A stretch of 61,610 nucleotides of DNA, counting the filler, from Nemertoderma westbladi (lineage: Eukaryota > Animalia > Xenacoelomorpha), in NCBI GenBank assembly GCA_032718475.1. It is 3 parts of 3 records of this genome, joined end to end, with 100 filler letters (N's around TTAATTAATTAA, not from the genome) between each part and the next. Parts side by side here need not be neighbours in the genome. Positions count along the whole stretch, not along the records: positions 30,369 to 50,848 come from JAUCBJ010006434.1; positions 50,949 to 61,610 come from JAUCBJ010003127.1; 1 more part is not named here. One strand, 5' to 3'. The notes below the pieces were generated by a model that was not told where the DNA came from, ran no database searches, and worked only from the letters and a program-made list of their open reading frames with translations. This document shows, in pieces, positions 37,960 through 51,706 of this stretch. How positions within the stretch are numbered: position 1 is the first letter of the stretch; the number at the start of each line of letters is the position of its first letter. The position numbers and the translations under genes were made by a program.

Positions 37960-38390
37960 TTTTCCACATACAATTAGTCTGTTCAGCACACCTCATTTCA
38001 ATACCTCTTCAGGGATTTCATATAACTTATACTCATTTATGCATAGTTTATTACATTGCAAAGTTTATCCCAGTCCTTGGACGTAATACTGTACGCTTGT
38101 GTCGAAGCGGTTTGGTACGCGCTTTTCCTTGTTTGCTGGCTCAAACTCTGTCAGATCCAAGGTCAGATCTCACTATTACAGTCTCTAATGTCATGCATGA
38201 TGCTGTGGTCTGAGCCAATTAGGTTAAACAAGATATATGCCTCACAGTTAATCATGCTGTTCTTATATTTTCTGTTGATAAGGAAGCAATCCAGCTGGAC
38301 TTGGGTTCTGTTCTTCTGTTCGGGTACTGAAAGGTCCACAGCTTCCACTTACAGCTTAGGCTTAAACTTTTTTTGTTGTGGTGTTTCTTG
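37960..38390 (-). mobile_element. Degenerate RTE-type AP-endonuclease fragment
   Basis: Minus strand KLWTFQYPN then, after a frameshift, QLDCFLINRKYKNSMINCEAY..IGSDHSI, typical of the APE C-terminus. Confidence 0.65.
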
Positions 38391-40065
38391 ATATTAATTC
38401 ACACTTCTATTAAGGCTAGAAGAGTAAGCGCATATCTCTATACGAATCGAACTTGTGTTATTGATGTAACCCTTTATCTTAATAGTTCAATTTAAAGGTA
38501 TACAGTATATAATAATGATATAATTAATCAGGATTTAGTTCAATTTAAAGGTATACAGTATATAATGATATAATTAATCAGGATAATTATAAATTAAATT
38601 GATATTTTGGATATGCAGTCTGAGATTGAAAGTAAAATAAGAAGATGACAAAAAAATAATAAAATAATAATACTGGGGTATGATCATCTGAATTGTTAAA
38701 CCCAACAGATGAGTTATTTACCAAAATAACAACCAAAGCTACCTGGAGAAAACGAAGCGGAAAATGGAAGTGGAAAATCCGATGTAGACATAGGCCTACT
38801 ACTGTAGTATAGATTATACAATTTTTAACGATTGGTATTAGGCCTAAGGCTGACAGGCACATTAAATAAATGGCTTGATGAGTACATACTTATGAACAAG
38901 TATTGCACTAAAACGAGCAGATAAATTTTATCAATACACCACATCCTCATTTTTATACAGTCAAAATCACAACAATTGTGATTTGGATCCAAATTGAAGT
39001 TTATCCCTGACTTTATTATTTTTGTGTTCAAAAAAAGGTTTTGGACACAAAAATAATAAACTCTGATTAACTCCAATTTGGTTATATAAAACAATGTTAG
39101 GGACAGCAATGTGTTCATGGGCAGTGACTGAAGTACTGTTTTTTTGAGTACTGTACTTGTGTTTGATTATAACAGAAAGGGAACAGAATATAGGGCGTCT
39201 ACTAACTAGATTGGCATTCGATTTAATTGCATAGGGAAGTTAATTTCGGAACTCTGTTAATTTCCCTCATAACTATTACATGTTTAATGCACTTATATAT
39301 CTCAAAATTGCTATGTTCGTTAGGCTCTGGCCAGACAATTCGTTCTTAATTAAGAAATGGTGTATACTATACACTGTGTACAACCATGTTCATTATTTAC
39401 ACTGACTCTGTTTTGTGTGTTAATTAACATATTCATTAAATGGTTACGATTCCGTAAAATTGGTAGCAGTACCAGTAATATCAACAATTTGTCATATGCC
39501 AATGATATTTTTGTTTGTGCAAATACCATAGTCAGGATTTCTGTAAGGAAATTAAATCAAAACACAAAACAGAATACTGTAACATGTGATAATGACTTTC
39601 GTTCATTGTTTTGTTAGAATAATGTACCAAGTAACCTGATCCTTTCCATTAATTCATAATTAACATTGTTAATTCGTCGAGAAAAATCGAGGTCGGCCTA
39701 AATAATAGCTGATTAATCCCAAAAATAAAACTGTAACCTGTTTGAAAGTTCGTTTATTGTTTTGGTTATAATAATATGCCACTGTAGGGCGCAGGCCCCA
39801 CTGACTACTTTACTTTGATTGCTATTTTAACATTGAGACAAGATATTAATTCGCTGAGATGATATTTGGGTAAGTCCCCCCCCCCCCCCCCCCCCATCCG
39901 TCTCCTCCTCTCTCACTGATGTACCGGTATGCAGTTTTTCCGGATGTTTTCCGGGACTTGGAAAAGCTATCGAGTATTGAATATTGAAACAAGACCAGAT
40001 TGTTTCCCCAAATGTGAAATATTTTCTATGATTCTACAGTTATACATATCCCCGTACCTTCCACA

Positions 40066-40138
40066 GCCCGGTTAGCTCAGCTGGTAGAGCGTGGGACTTT
40101 TAATCCTAAGGTCAAGGGTTCAATCCCCTTATCGGGCG
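40066..40138 (+). tRNA. tRNA-Lys(TTT)
   Basis: 73-nt cloverleaf: acceptor GCCCGGT/ATCGGGC, D-arm GCTC/GAGC, anticodon arm TGGGA-CTTTTAA-TCCTA, T-arm AAGGG-TTCAATC-CCCTT; T6 Pol III terminator just downstream. Confidence 0.93.
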
Positions 40139-40516
40139 AAAAATTTTTTGTGGAGTTATTTTATTTATCGTATAGGAAAAACATAACTGTATAGAATAAA
40201 TAATATGCAGATATTTTTATTATTATATATCGTTTTAATTAGTGATAGAGTCTGTGTTATGTGTAACCTGCAATGGAAGAATGTCCAGGTTTAATCTAAT
40301 GTGAAAGCAAAGAGCGGGGAAGCAGGAAGCAGCAGATAGTGATAACTGTTACAGTGTTACTTGTACTATTACCCGACTACCGGTACCGGTACATCCTACA
40401 GTAATTCTGTTGTACGGTAATTTAATTACCCATCTTCAAATACTTTTACTATACTAACGGACTAATCCGATGGTTAAACTTAGCTTATAATTTCATATCG
40501 CCTATTAGCCTAAATC

Positions 40517-41040
40517 CAGTGCTGTTCAACTAGTTGTAGTTGAAAGTTCTACTACCGCAGTTAAGTTGTCATTTGATTTATTTATTTAAAGTGGTTTTAT
40601 TTAACTTGTCACTGCGAATTTTGTTATCAGTAGTTATCGGTTTTTTTTAACAGTTGACTTTCAACTAAAATCTAACTAAATTCCAAAAGCTGCTGTTTGT
40701 TTTATTGACGGGTTTTCTATGTCCCCTTTTCCTTTTGACTGTTCTGAACCATCTCGTCCAGAGTCTCGACTGAAACAAGTAATAATACTCATTGTGAAGT
40801 TAACATAGAGCTAATCATTAAAGCCGTACTCAATATAGTTTGTGAGGCGTTGGGTAACGGCAATAACAACTGTTGCTATGGTTACTGAAATATTTAGCAT
40901 TTTGGTATTTAGTTGTTTTAGTTGAAATTTCAACTATTATTTAACTAACACCACAAAATTAGTTGAAATAATTATGTAATTTATATTTATTTATTTAGGT
41001 TTAGTTAATTTGTCACTACAAAATTAGTTGAACAGCACTG
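40517..41040. mobile_element. hAT-type MITE
   Basis: 16-bp TIRs CAGTGCTGTTCAACTA / TAGTTGAACAGCACTG with an 8-bp TSD CCTAAATC. Confidence 0.85.
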
Positions 41041-42194
41041 CCTAAATCTATTGCGATTTCCACAATATAGGCCTATATTAAAAAGGCCTACCGGTATATA
41101 AAACAGGCCTAAAAGCTAAATGAATGAATATGAAAATACCACAAGCAGGACAATCTCATCAATAACTTATAAATAACTGCGCCGAAAACCTATAGGCCTA
41201 ACTACCAACTCTAAACCCTTAAAGACCGACTACTATAAAGAAATTAAAGTGAAATTAACTAATTGCATTATAGTTCTTTAGTAATAAAGAACTATACAAA
41301 CTGACAGAAATATTAGAAATATATTACAAAATTTGGGATCAGCTGATATATCAAGTTAATATTGGCTGAATTGCAAAATTGCTCCATGGCAACAAGCCAG
41401 CAATTATGTCAACAAAACAAAGCTTTCTTCTGTTATAACATAACATGTCTTATAGCATATTCCTTATTATGTTTATTATGCCTTGCTTAGCTTATACTGA
41501 AGAAGTTGTTGCTAAGAAAACTGATACCACCCAGCGGTTATTTAGCGCACTACCCGATAATAATAATTAATTTACTTCTTCATCCCGATAGGGTTTTCCT
41601 TTACTACATGGCGAAGACTTACTAAAACTCTCAAATGCAGAGACGGGGGGGGGGGGGGGGGGGGGGGTGGCTGGACGCAAATCCCATCTTGGCGAATTAA
41701 TATCCCGTCTCAATGTTAAATTCTTTTTTTGAGAGTAATCTCAGCTGTTATTTGGGTCCAATCTCCCCTGGAGAGGGATGAATTTTGATTGCGTTCAGTT
41801 TTCTCGTAAATGTATTGTGCCTTGCGTACGTTTAAGGTGCATCTACATGTATTACACGTACGGACTTGTATTCGTCATATGATAATGTTGATGGTGCTTT
41901 CCTGTAAGAGTCCCATAATTGATCAACTGACATATATTTTTAGACAATTTTTTATTGGGCACAGCTTTTGCTCTCTATTGGTGTAACTGTCCTACCTAAA
42001 TTTGTAGTTAGAGTGTAGCGAGTGGTTAAAGACGTCCACTTGTAGGGGTGAGTACAGTGGCAGCATATGATGGTATTGACAGATAAGAAGCCATGAGGAG
42101 GTAAATTGCTGACATACAAGGTATCAGATAGTATTTCCAGGTCTATGTTTTACCTTAGCCGCGAATGGATAGAGCGTCAGACTTCCAACCCGGA

Positions 42195-42798
42195 CTAGGA
42201 TCGGCATGCGGCAGTGCAGCTGCATTTTTAAGAATGCTGTGCCGGCTTGTCGACAAAATTGCGCCACAATTCCCTATCACTCATGACATTTGCTAGATCA
42301 TCCGCATCTTCAAGGTCAGTGTGCTTCAAGAAGCGTCTCAAGCTGTCCACCATGCTTATTCACTCCATGAGGCTGCCATTAAAGTACAAGATTATGCACT
42401 GGCTGGTCCTCACGGCGAAAGCAATGTCCCGCAAAGCGGAGGCTACTTTGTTTTAGTGTCAAGCTTGGGAGAACCAATGAGACACCACCTCCTATGTTAT
42501 ATAGTGTCTGGTTGGAGATATGTGCATTGTACTTGCCACAATGAACCCAATGATTGCCTGCTGTCGTCAGCATCATTGATGGTATCAACCTGTTGGTTTA
42601 TTAGCTCCTGTAGATTAACAGAGTACCGCCTGTTCAGGGACCTAGATGCAGCCTTAACTCCATTCTTGGCCGCTGTAGTCTGTTTGAGTCGGGACTCTTT
42701 CTGCGCCTTATAGAGGTCATTTCGGCACTTCTGAATTTTGTGGTCAGTCTTGGGGGCCCTTTTCCCGTTTCGAGGGTATACAGGAACTTTCGAGGGTA
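42195..42798 (-). mobile_element. Internally deleted RTE copy inserted into a tRNA-derived SINE head
   Basis: LRFAGHCFRREDQPVHNLVL and the same 3' end (CATGCCGATCCTAG) as the 35856 copy; 11-bp TSD TCCAACCCGGA (42184-42194 / 42799-42809). The A-box-like half lies upstream and the B-box half (GTTCGATCCC) downstream. Confidence 0.8.
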
Positions 42799-43864
42799 TC
42801 CAACCCGGAGGTCACCAGTTCGATCCCACCTGGACGTCATTGCCGAGTTTGCGAAAGCTGTGCCCAATAAAAAGTTATAATAATATGAAACCACTTAGTC
42901 ACCCATAACACCAATAATAAATTTTTAGACAACCACTTCGGGATCTAAGATCGCTTTCCGTCTTTCGAATGTGGAATGTGTCTTATGTGTCCTTGGAAGT
43001 CTAATATATATATATAATATATATCGCCTGAAACAACTAGTTGCATGTTTTTGTTGGATGTACACATGTGATTAAGTAAGTGAACAACTTTGTTATAGTC
43101 GTTTACACTTGGGCTCCTATATATGCATCGCCAAATACTATTGGTCGTGTGGAGATAGACTCTATACTATAATCCATAATGATTCCAAACTATTCCCAAT
43201 TTCCAAATTAAAGCTGGGCTGAGCATTGTATTCCGATGCTCCAGCTAAATATTCACGAATATAAATAATAATCTCCCTCGAGAACATGTTGAAAAGTCTA
43301 AATTTGAGCACAATATTTTGCATCCAATAAATGCGATTCATTAATGTCATAGCAGTCTGGCAGTCTGGGTAGCTGCAGATGAATCATGAATCACCTTCAT
43401 TAAACAGTCGCAGCACTCGACTACTCGACAACTTTAAATCTGACAAAGTTATTAGCATGTCAAAATGGTATAACGACGACGACAACTACAGTATTTGCCA
43501 TTGATCCACCCTTCGAGGCTCGTCCCACGTCCCACATACCCTATATTTGTGCTCATACCTAACCAAGTGATCTCAATAAAGGCCAGCAACAAAAATTTCA
43601 CCTCTGGAAATGAGGCGTTCCCGTGAAATAATCGTGTAATCTATCGTGGCTGACGTCAGACTGCATAATTTTCAATTTCAAGTTTCTCTCTACACCTCTA
43701 CTACTGTACCGGACCGGTACTACAGTACTCACGTACTATACCTGTATACCTGACCTACCGGTAATAAGTTTGGTTCAATTCAGCTGGGATAGGAGGTAAC
43801 GTTAGGCTTTTAAAAATCGTTGTAACCAGATCAATAAACCACAGAAATCGACTTTAAATTAAAT

Positions 43865-46273
43865 ATGAGTTGTCTCTCAAACTCTTTGACAATTCTACCT
43901 ATAGTACCGGTACTCGTTTACTACCTTTTCCTTCCTCGAATCGCTACGGGATTCTCCATCCCTAGCTCGTCTTCAGATGATATATTCGATATAAAATGGG
44001 TGGGTCGGTTGACGGACTATCTCGAGACGAACAAGGACCCACTCAAACTCAACTCGATCGACGTGTACACCGAGTTGAAGGAACACTACCGCTGTTTCTG
44101 GCCGTCCGAGTCGGGACAGCGACAACACGAGCAGGAAGCGGCCGACTACACAGGGTTGACGGCGAGCGAACTGTTGGCGCCGGTGTTCCGAGAACGGAAC
44201 TGCGTTTACCGGAGCGAGATATACTGGACCTACGAACTGTGCCACGGGAAGCATCTCCGGCAGTTCCACGAAGAGAAACGCATGGGGAACGAGATTAAAC
44301 TAACCGAGTATTACTTGGGCGTCATTGAGGGTGGGAAGATTGAACCCTCAGATAAATCCCCAGAAAAACCGCCGGATACGATATATTTCAACGGGGTATC
44401 AATGCCTTATTATTCGATCCCCATGGACGCAGGTATGTGTCGATTTATAATGAGTTCAACTGAATCATGAGTTCTTGAATTTTGCTACCGTATGATGACG
44501 TGTATTTTTTAAATCAAATATGTCATGTGGCCTCCCGCGAATGCAAATCATGTAAGTTTCCAACGTCCAATGTCCAACGTTCCAATGTCATGTCAGTGAC
44601 TGTGAGTCGAAAATCAGATATATATAATCGGTAAAATAAACTTATCATTCGAGGTAAAGACCCCTAGATCCCTTACTAAAAATACTGTCTCACCAGTCAA
44701 GGAGGAGGGAGATGAAACTATCTCTGTTTCAAATGTTATGCAATCCCATTAAGATATGAAGATAAATTAGGTCGGGGGGGGGGGGGGGTTCTTGCAGATA
44801 CTATACGACTACATACAGCACTACAGTAATCTTGCTTGAGCCAACCCCCAGTCACCTCCCAATCCTCCCTGCCATTGTTTCAGTCTCCCCCCAGGGAATG
44901 ATTTACCTTTGTAGTACAGTAGTATATGGCACCTTGTTGCAACGTCATTTATTACTATTCAACAATTTATCGCCTGAGAGAAACTATCATGTTACAGGGG
45001 TGAGCTTTTCTAACCAAAACAATAAACGATTTCATTGTAAATTGAGAGAAAGGCGCCAGATATAGCCAGTATTAGGTGATCATTTATTTGCTCTGTTTCA
45101 GGAACCGCCTGCGACGTTGGGGACGGATTCCCTCGCACGGCCACCATCGTCTATCTGTGCCGACCGGGAGCTCGACACGAGCTCATACAGATCCGCGAGC
45201 CGAGCTCCTGCGTCTACCAGGCCGTCGTACTGTCCGACGTCCTTTGTCGCCATCCCGCCTACCGCATCGTCAACTACCTCCATCCTGTACAGTGCGCCGC
45301 GCTCGATGGCTCGCCCCACATCCCCATCTCCGTGTTCAACTACGGGAACCTCGGCCCGTTCGACGGCCTCTCCGACGTACCGCGGAACCTCTTCCCCAAA
45401 CCGGAGCACCGCTACCACCGGACGGTGCAGGTCGCACCGGGGGACGTCCGGGTGTCCGTGGGATCGGATCCTCCGAGCCCGGACGACCCTAGCGAGGATG
45501 GGCCGGGTCCCGAGTCGGTGGAGGACCCCCGGCCCCACGCGGAAGCCCCCGCCAAGTCGCGGGTGCCCCCCTCCCGCCAAGAGGTGCCCCCTTCACGCCA
45601 AGAGGTGCCCCCCTCCCGCCAAGCAGTGCCCCCCTCCCGCCAAGCAGTGCCCCCCTCCCGCCAAGCAGTGTCCCCCTCCCAAACCGCTAAACACACACGA
45701 CTTCCCAACCAACCCCTCCACCAAACCGCCATCAGCACCGGGCCCCCCATGACGGTGCGCAACTTCCGGGATTCGGAAGGCCGATCCATCAGCACCTACC
45801 GGATAGTGGCCGACTCTCCGGCCCATCTCGACCACACGATGGCCGAGTTCCTGGCCGGACGCTTCTGCCTAATCGGCGGACACGGCTGGTGGCGGTACCA
45901 GCTGTGCAACGGGAAGCAACTCACCCAGTTCCACGAGTACAAACCGTCCGGGGCGCGGGACACCGTGGTGCTGGGCGTCTGGGAGCCGGCCAATCACAGG
46001 GCGTGGTTCCGCAACGTGGCGAACCGCGGCGACTCGGGGCGACTCAGGACGGTGTCGCATTACTACGGGAACGGGGACTCCTGCGACAAGACGGGGATGA
46101 AGCGACACGCGGTCGTGGACTTCCGGTGTATCGCCAAGGGCCCCGGGGACTACGATATACGGATGTCGATCACCGAGACTCGAGTTTGCGAATATTCCGT
46201 CGGCCTTGAGTCGCCGCTGCTCTGTAACTTTATTAACAACGTCGACGGAAACGGAGAATTCAAACAGGTTTAA
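43865..46273 (+). CDS. ERLEC1: Endoplasmic reticulum lectin 1 (XTP3-B/erlectin), two MRH domains; exons 43865-44432 and 45102-46273, 579 aa
   Basis: Hydrophobic N-terminus; MRH1 YWTYELCHGKHLRQFHEE..YYLG..GTACD..PR...VYLC..EPSSCVY..LCRHP; MRH2 CLIGGHGWWRYQLCNGKQLTQFHE..LGVW..YGNGDSCD. A phase 1 GT-AG intron joins the frames. Confidence 0.92.
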
Positions 46274-46849
46274 TTAATCCTTAAAGTAATTTTTATTTCC
46301 AGAGTATATTTTCTCATTTTAAATAATTTTATTATTTTATTGCTTATTTTTATTTATAACTTGGCTCCGGATTGTAGGTCATTGGGGGTAAAAAAAGACA
46401 ATTGTCCTATTTATGTCAATAAAATTGTTAATATTCCATGGATTTAAATAAATTTCGTATTGTCTGAAAACTAATCAAAAATGCAATTTAATGATCATCA
46501 AACAATATCACCTAAGATATATTTAATTAAATTATGGGGTTAAAAAAGTGATGTTTTTTTAACCCCAAAATGAGGTAAAACAAAAACAAGTGTGGTAAAT
46601 AAAAAACATAGTTTCGAGTGTGGACTAATCGTATCTCAGTAGTGGTGATTCTGGTATAATTCACGCAACAACCGAAGGATACTGCCGGATATTGGATATG
46701 GATTTCGGTGATTGAGGCGGATAGAAACTACTCTGTGTTGAATCGGTTGAATGAAAATTCGATCTACTACTATAATCGGCTGCATTGAAGCTGCACATTG
46801 AGATGTATGTGCTGGCTTAACACAATTTTTGCTAATGCAGTGTGCATTA

Positions 46850-47180
46850 AAAATGCTATGCCGGCTTATCGACAAAATTGCGCAGCCACAACTCCCTATC
46901 ACCCATGACTTACGCAAGATTATCCACATCTTTAGGATGCGTCTCAAGAAAGTCATGGGCTGTCCACAATGCTTATTCACTCCATGAGGCTGCCAAAGTA
47001 CAAGATTATGCACTGGCTGGTCCTCACGGCGAAAGCAATGTCCTGCAAAGCGGAAACGGCTTTAATCGAGTGTCTAACTTGGGGGAACCAATGAGACACC
47101 TCCAATGTTATATAGTGTCTGGTTCTGGTTGGCGATGGAGATTGTCCATTGTACTTGACACAGTACCTACGTAGCATTCG
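46850..47180 (-). mobile_element. RTE 3' fragment
   Basis: HNLVLWQPHGVNKH.GQPMTFLRRILK, nearly identical to the 36064 ORF. Confidence 0.8.
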
Positions 47181-48918
47181 ATCAGACTCGAATCATACAG
47201 TCTGGGAATCCGGCTCGGGTAGTTTTATAGATCGTGTACCCCACCCTCGTATATTATAAGGTATTCACTGATTATTATACTTTTAGCCACCTCACGTATG
47301 CTGAGTTCAGTCTTGTATTCCTCAACAGTGTGAAGCGGCTGGAATCACGCTGGTTTTTTTTTACCCCCCCCCCCCCCCCCCCCCCACATACATTTTAGGT
47401 GGGTAAAAAAAACACGTTGTACAGAGAGAACTGGTTGGAATGATACAATGAGACCATTTCGTGTGGGAAGAGCATTGCCACTTTAGTAGTCAGGGAATTG
47501 AGACACTACGGTGAATTCGAAGCAACCAATAGATTCATGGTTGGGAAATACTGTAGTTGGAATCCTCCACCAGGCGAAATAATAGCAACTTGAAATCAGC
47601 TGGTAAACAACGTCATATTGTAGGCTGAGCTGATTTGATTGGATACAGACTAAGCCAATAAAAACGCTCTTTTTAGTGGTAGTAATATCACTCTCTCACG
47701 TTTAAGTGATCTTGAGTTATGCCTTGTTTTTTTATACCCCACAAAGCGGTCTGTTTCTATTTACCCCCAATGACTATTTACATGAATAAATATGGGGTCT
47801 ATTAAAGGAATTGAAACATCTATGCAACGTTCCAGAATTGGTTCGGTTTGCTTCGCTGATGTTTTGAACTATTATTTTTCGCTGCTCATAATAATGATAT
47901 TTTATTCTTATTTGTTTGATACATTATGTTGGTCACATTTACTTTTAACGGTAAAGTTACTTTCGGTAAAGCGACTTTGGGTAGTTAATGCAATTAGCGC
48001 GGTTCAACTTAATTAATTCCTTCAGAAAAAATTGTCACCATAACATTTGTAAAATTTGATATTTTCAATTCATATTTTGTTTCGTTTTGCTATAAACTTT
48101 ATGTAACTATGGTATACTGCTACACACTAGCATCAGATCTGTACGTTAGTGCAATAATGAAATATTGAGGGAAATATAAAACAACAAATATTTTTACTAG
48201 AGTTGGTGCAGTGCAATGGAATTGTGTTGTGGGACGAGCAATAATTGGTCTACTGCGAGCCATTAGTATATTAATGTCGTTATTATGCCGGGTGTATCTC
48301 TATGTACATTCACTTTCACAGTATCGTATTGGCCAACTCAACGGTTCTAACCTAATTTCGGATAATCCTACTATTGTTGGAGTTATCTTAATATTTACTA
48401 CATTCCATCTGTTACTACATGTTATACGTCCTGTTATAATAGTCCTTTTACGAAATAATAGTTACTCGTACAAAATAACAAATAACAGTTCAATAAGGTT
48501 AATTTATTGGCAGACAAAAATGTTGATTAGCATTCACCGAAAGTTATACGTTCTAATAAAAAAAAAACTCGAAGGTCAATGTGAAATTTACCATCTATTA
48601 AATTCAGCCAAAACATTTGCAGCTACGACATATTTGTCTGCTGCCTATCCGCGAAGAACATAGTATTTATTTGTTTATATGGATGTTGCTGTGGGCTGTA
48701 TTTCTGATTTTAATTTGAACATTTTATTCTTAAAGTTGTCTTTCTATCCGGCTCTTTTGGTGAAGTTCGTGATTTAAGATTTTAAACTCCCGTCGGGAGA
48801 TAAGGATTCCAAACAAATAAAAATAAAATAAAAACAATGTTGCATCTAAACAGACGCGTCCCCAGTATCTTTGTTAATTACAGGTTCACTAAGGGGCAGT
48901 GCAACAGTTATGGCAACA

Positions 48919-50258
48919 GCCATAACGGTACCGGTACTGTTAGGGCGTAGTACCACCATAACGGTACCGGTACTGTTATGGCGTAGTACCACCATAACGG
49001 TACCGGTACTGTTATGGCATAGTACCACCATAACGGTACTGTTATGGCATAGTACCACCATAAAGGTACCGGTACTGTTATGGCATAGTACCACCATAAC
49101 GGTACCGGTACTGTTATGGCATAGTACCATCATAACGGTACCGGTACTGTTATGGCATAGTACCACCATAACGGTACCGGTACTGTTATGGCATAGTACC
49201 ACCATAACGGTACCGGTACTGTTATGGCATAGTACCACCATAACGGTACCGGTACTGTTATGGCATAGTACCACCATAACGGTACTGTTATGGCATAGTA
49301 CCACCATAAAGGTACCGGTACTGTTATGGCATAGTACCACCATAACGGTACCGGTACTGTTATGGCATAGTACCATCATAACGGTACCGGTACTGTTATG
49401 GCATAGTACCACCATAACGGTACCGGTACTGTTATGGCATAGTACCACCATAACGGTACCGGTACTGTTATGGCATAGTACCGCCATAACGGTGCTGTTA
49501 TGGCATAGTACCACCATAACGGTACCGGTACTGTTATGGCATAGTACCACCATAACGGTACCGGTACTGTTATGGCATAGTACCACCATAACGGTACCGG
49601 TACTGTTAGGGCATAGTACCACCATAACGGTACCGGTACTGTTATGGCATAGTACCACCATAACGGTACCGGTACTGTTATGGCATAGTACCACCATAAC
49701 GGTACCGGTACTGTTATGGCATAGTACCACCATAACGGTACCGGTACTGTTAGGGCATAGTACCACCATAACGGTACCGGTACTGTTATGGCATAGTACC
49801 ACCATAACGGTACTGTTATGGCATAGTACCACCATAACGGTGCTGTTAATGGCATAGTACCACGACCACCATAACGGTGCTGTTATGGCATAGAACCACC
49901 ATAACGGTACCGGTACTGTTATGGCATAGTACCACCATAACGGTGCTGTTATGGCATAGTACCACCATAACGGTGCTGTTATGGCATAGTACCACCATAA
50001 CGGTGCTGTTATGGCATAGTACCACCATAACGGTGCTGTTATGGCATAGTACCACCATAACGGTGCTGTTATGGCATAGTACCATCATAACGGTGCTGTT
50101 ATGGCATAGTACCACCATAACGGTGCTGTTATGGCATAGTACCACCATAACGGTACCGGTACTGTTATGGCATAGTACCACCATAACGGTGCTGTTATGG
50201 CATAGTACCACCATAACGGTGCTGTTATGGCATAGTACCACCATAACGGTACTGTTAT
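48919..50258. repeat. Palindromic minisatellite with 36-bp and 30-bp units
   Basis: Unit TGGCATAGTACCACCATAACGGTACCGGTACTGTTA; the shorter variant lacks CCGGTA. Confidence 0.95.
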
Positions 50259-50848
50259 GTATATTATAAATATTGTTTACAAGCATACAAGGAGATGCTG
50301 TAACGCAATTGTAAGAATTAAATTGCGTATAACCAAATAGCTCTATTTATCTTATAACACCCTGAGGTATAATTTAGTTGGCAAATTATACACCTCGCCA
50401 GCGGGAAATAAAGTCCACTTATTTTCCATGTAATATTTAGTTATTATTACATTTTTTATTATACAATGTACAATTTCCATCAGGCCAATATTGCAACAGC
50501 ACATTTCTTGCCACTCTATTATACCTTAATCTCTATTATATTTAAACATTCTTTGATGGTTTTGAACGTTTTGGTGATTAGATTTTTATAATATAACGCT
50601 GTTTTACACACTGACACGTATGTTTATTTATTAAAGGTTAATGGGCTGGGCTGGTAGTGTGTGCTTTGGAGTTTACAGTTCGAAGGTATGTGTTTGGTGA
50701 CGGTGAAGCTGTAGTGGCTTACTATGAATCTGGTTACAATTCAACTCAGACCCGAATGCAACTCCAACATTGGTATACTTTTGAAACAAATAATTTGGGG
50801 TTTGGGAAACAATAGTTTGGGGTTTGTGAACCAATAGTGTGGGGTTTG

Positions 50849-50948
50849 NNNNNNNNNNNNNNNNNNNNNNNNNNNNNNNNNNNNNNNNNNNNTTAATTAA
50901 TTAANNNNNNNNNNNNNNNNNNNNNNNNNNNNNNNNNNNNNNNNNNNN
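50849..50948. other. Artificial gap/contig-join spacer
   Basis: N44-TTAATTAATTAA-N44. Confidence 0.95.
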
Positions 50949-51706
50949 TGTTTGGGTTCCCCCAATACGCCTCTGAATCCTACTTCTTTGCTAACCTGCT
51001 CCTTCACTAACTCACGGGCTAAGAATACCCGCGGGCTAAGAATACTCGCGGGCTAAGAATTCACCCAACAAAGGTACTTGTTCAGAGCTGTGAATTCTAC
51101 ATTTCTTCTATATTGAATGTACAGCAGCAGGGCATTAGAAATTTGAATCATTGCTTCACGAAAAAGAAGAAAATGATTATTGTAATATTTCGTTTTATTA
51201 CATATCGTAACATCCAATCTTTTAACACCCTATCTCGTATAATCATGATTCCCCATCTCGTAGCACGTAATGCATTATTGTCAAAAAATGTGCAAAATAA
51301 ACTTGGTCTCTAATCCGATCTATAGACTCTTAGGTGTCCACAACGGTATTAGTACATATAGAACAACAGATTGGCAATAATAATTTGCTACAAGCGTGCA
51401 ATAATAAATACAAAAGGGTGAGTACAAAACAAATACACAAGACCCAAAAGACTTAAGACCTGTACGAAACACATGTGATAACTTTCGTTTATTGTTTTGG
51501 TTCACCCAACACGTCTCTGTAACCTGCTCCTTTACTAACCTGCTCCTTTAAATGGCAATGTACCTAACGCTACTTTACCTCTTGTTTTGTACGTCCTTGG
51601 TCTTCGTTTTGTACTGACCCAGATACAAGAGCAGAAAACCAGCTAGATCGTCCTGCTACAACGTTACTAACTTCAGCAACTGTATCATAGACCTATTTCC
51701 CTTTAA

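Noticed and set aside
45076-46209. Overlapping alternative-frame and antisense ORFs
   Set aside because: Shadow ORFs of the GC-rich ERLEC1 exon.
48846-50286. 328-329 aa repeat ORFs and palindromic repeats reminiscent of CRISPR
   Set aside because: Pure tandem minisatellite with no spacers; frames are open on both strands.
50636-50790. Possible coding exon (VRRYVFGDGEAVVAYYESG..)
   Set aside because: No recognisable homology, weak splice signals and adjacent to the gap.
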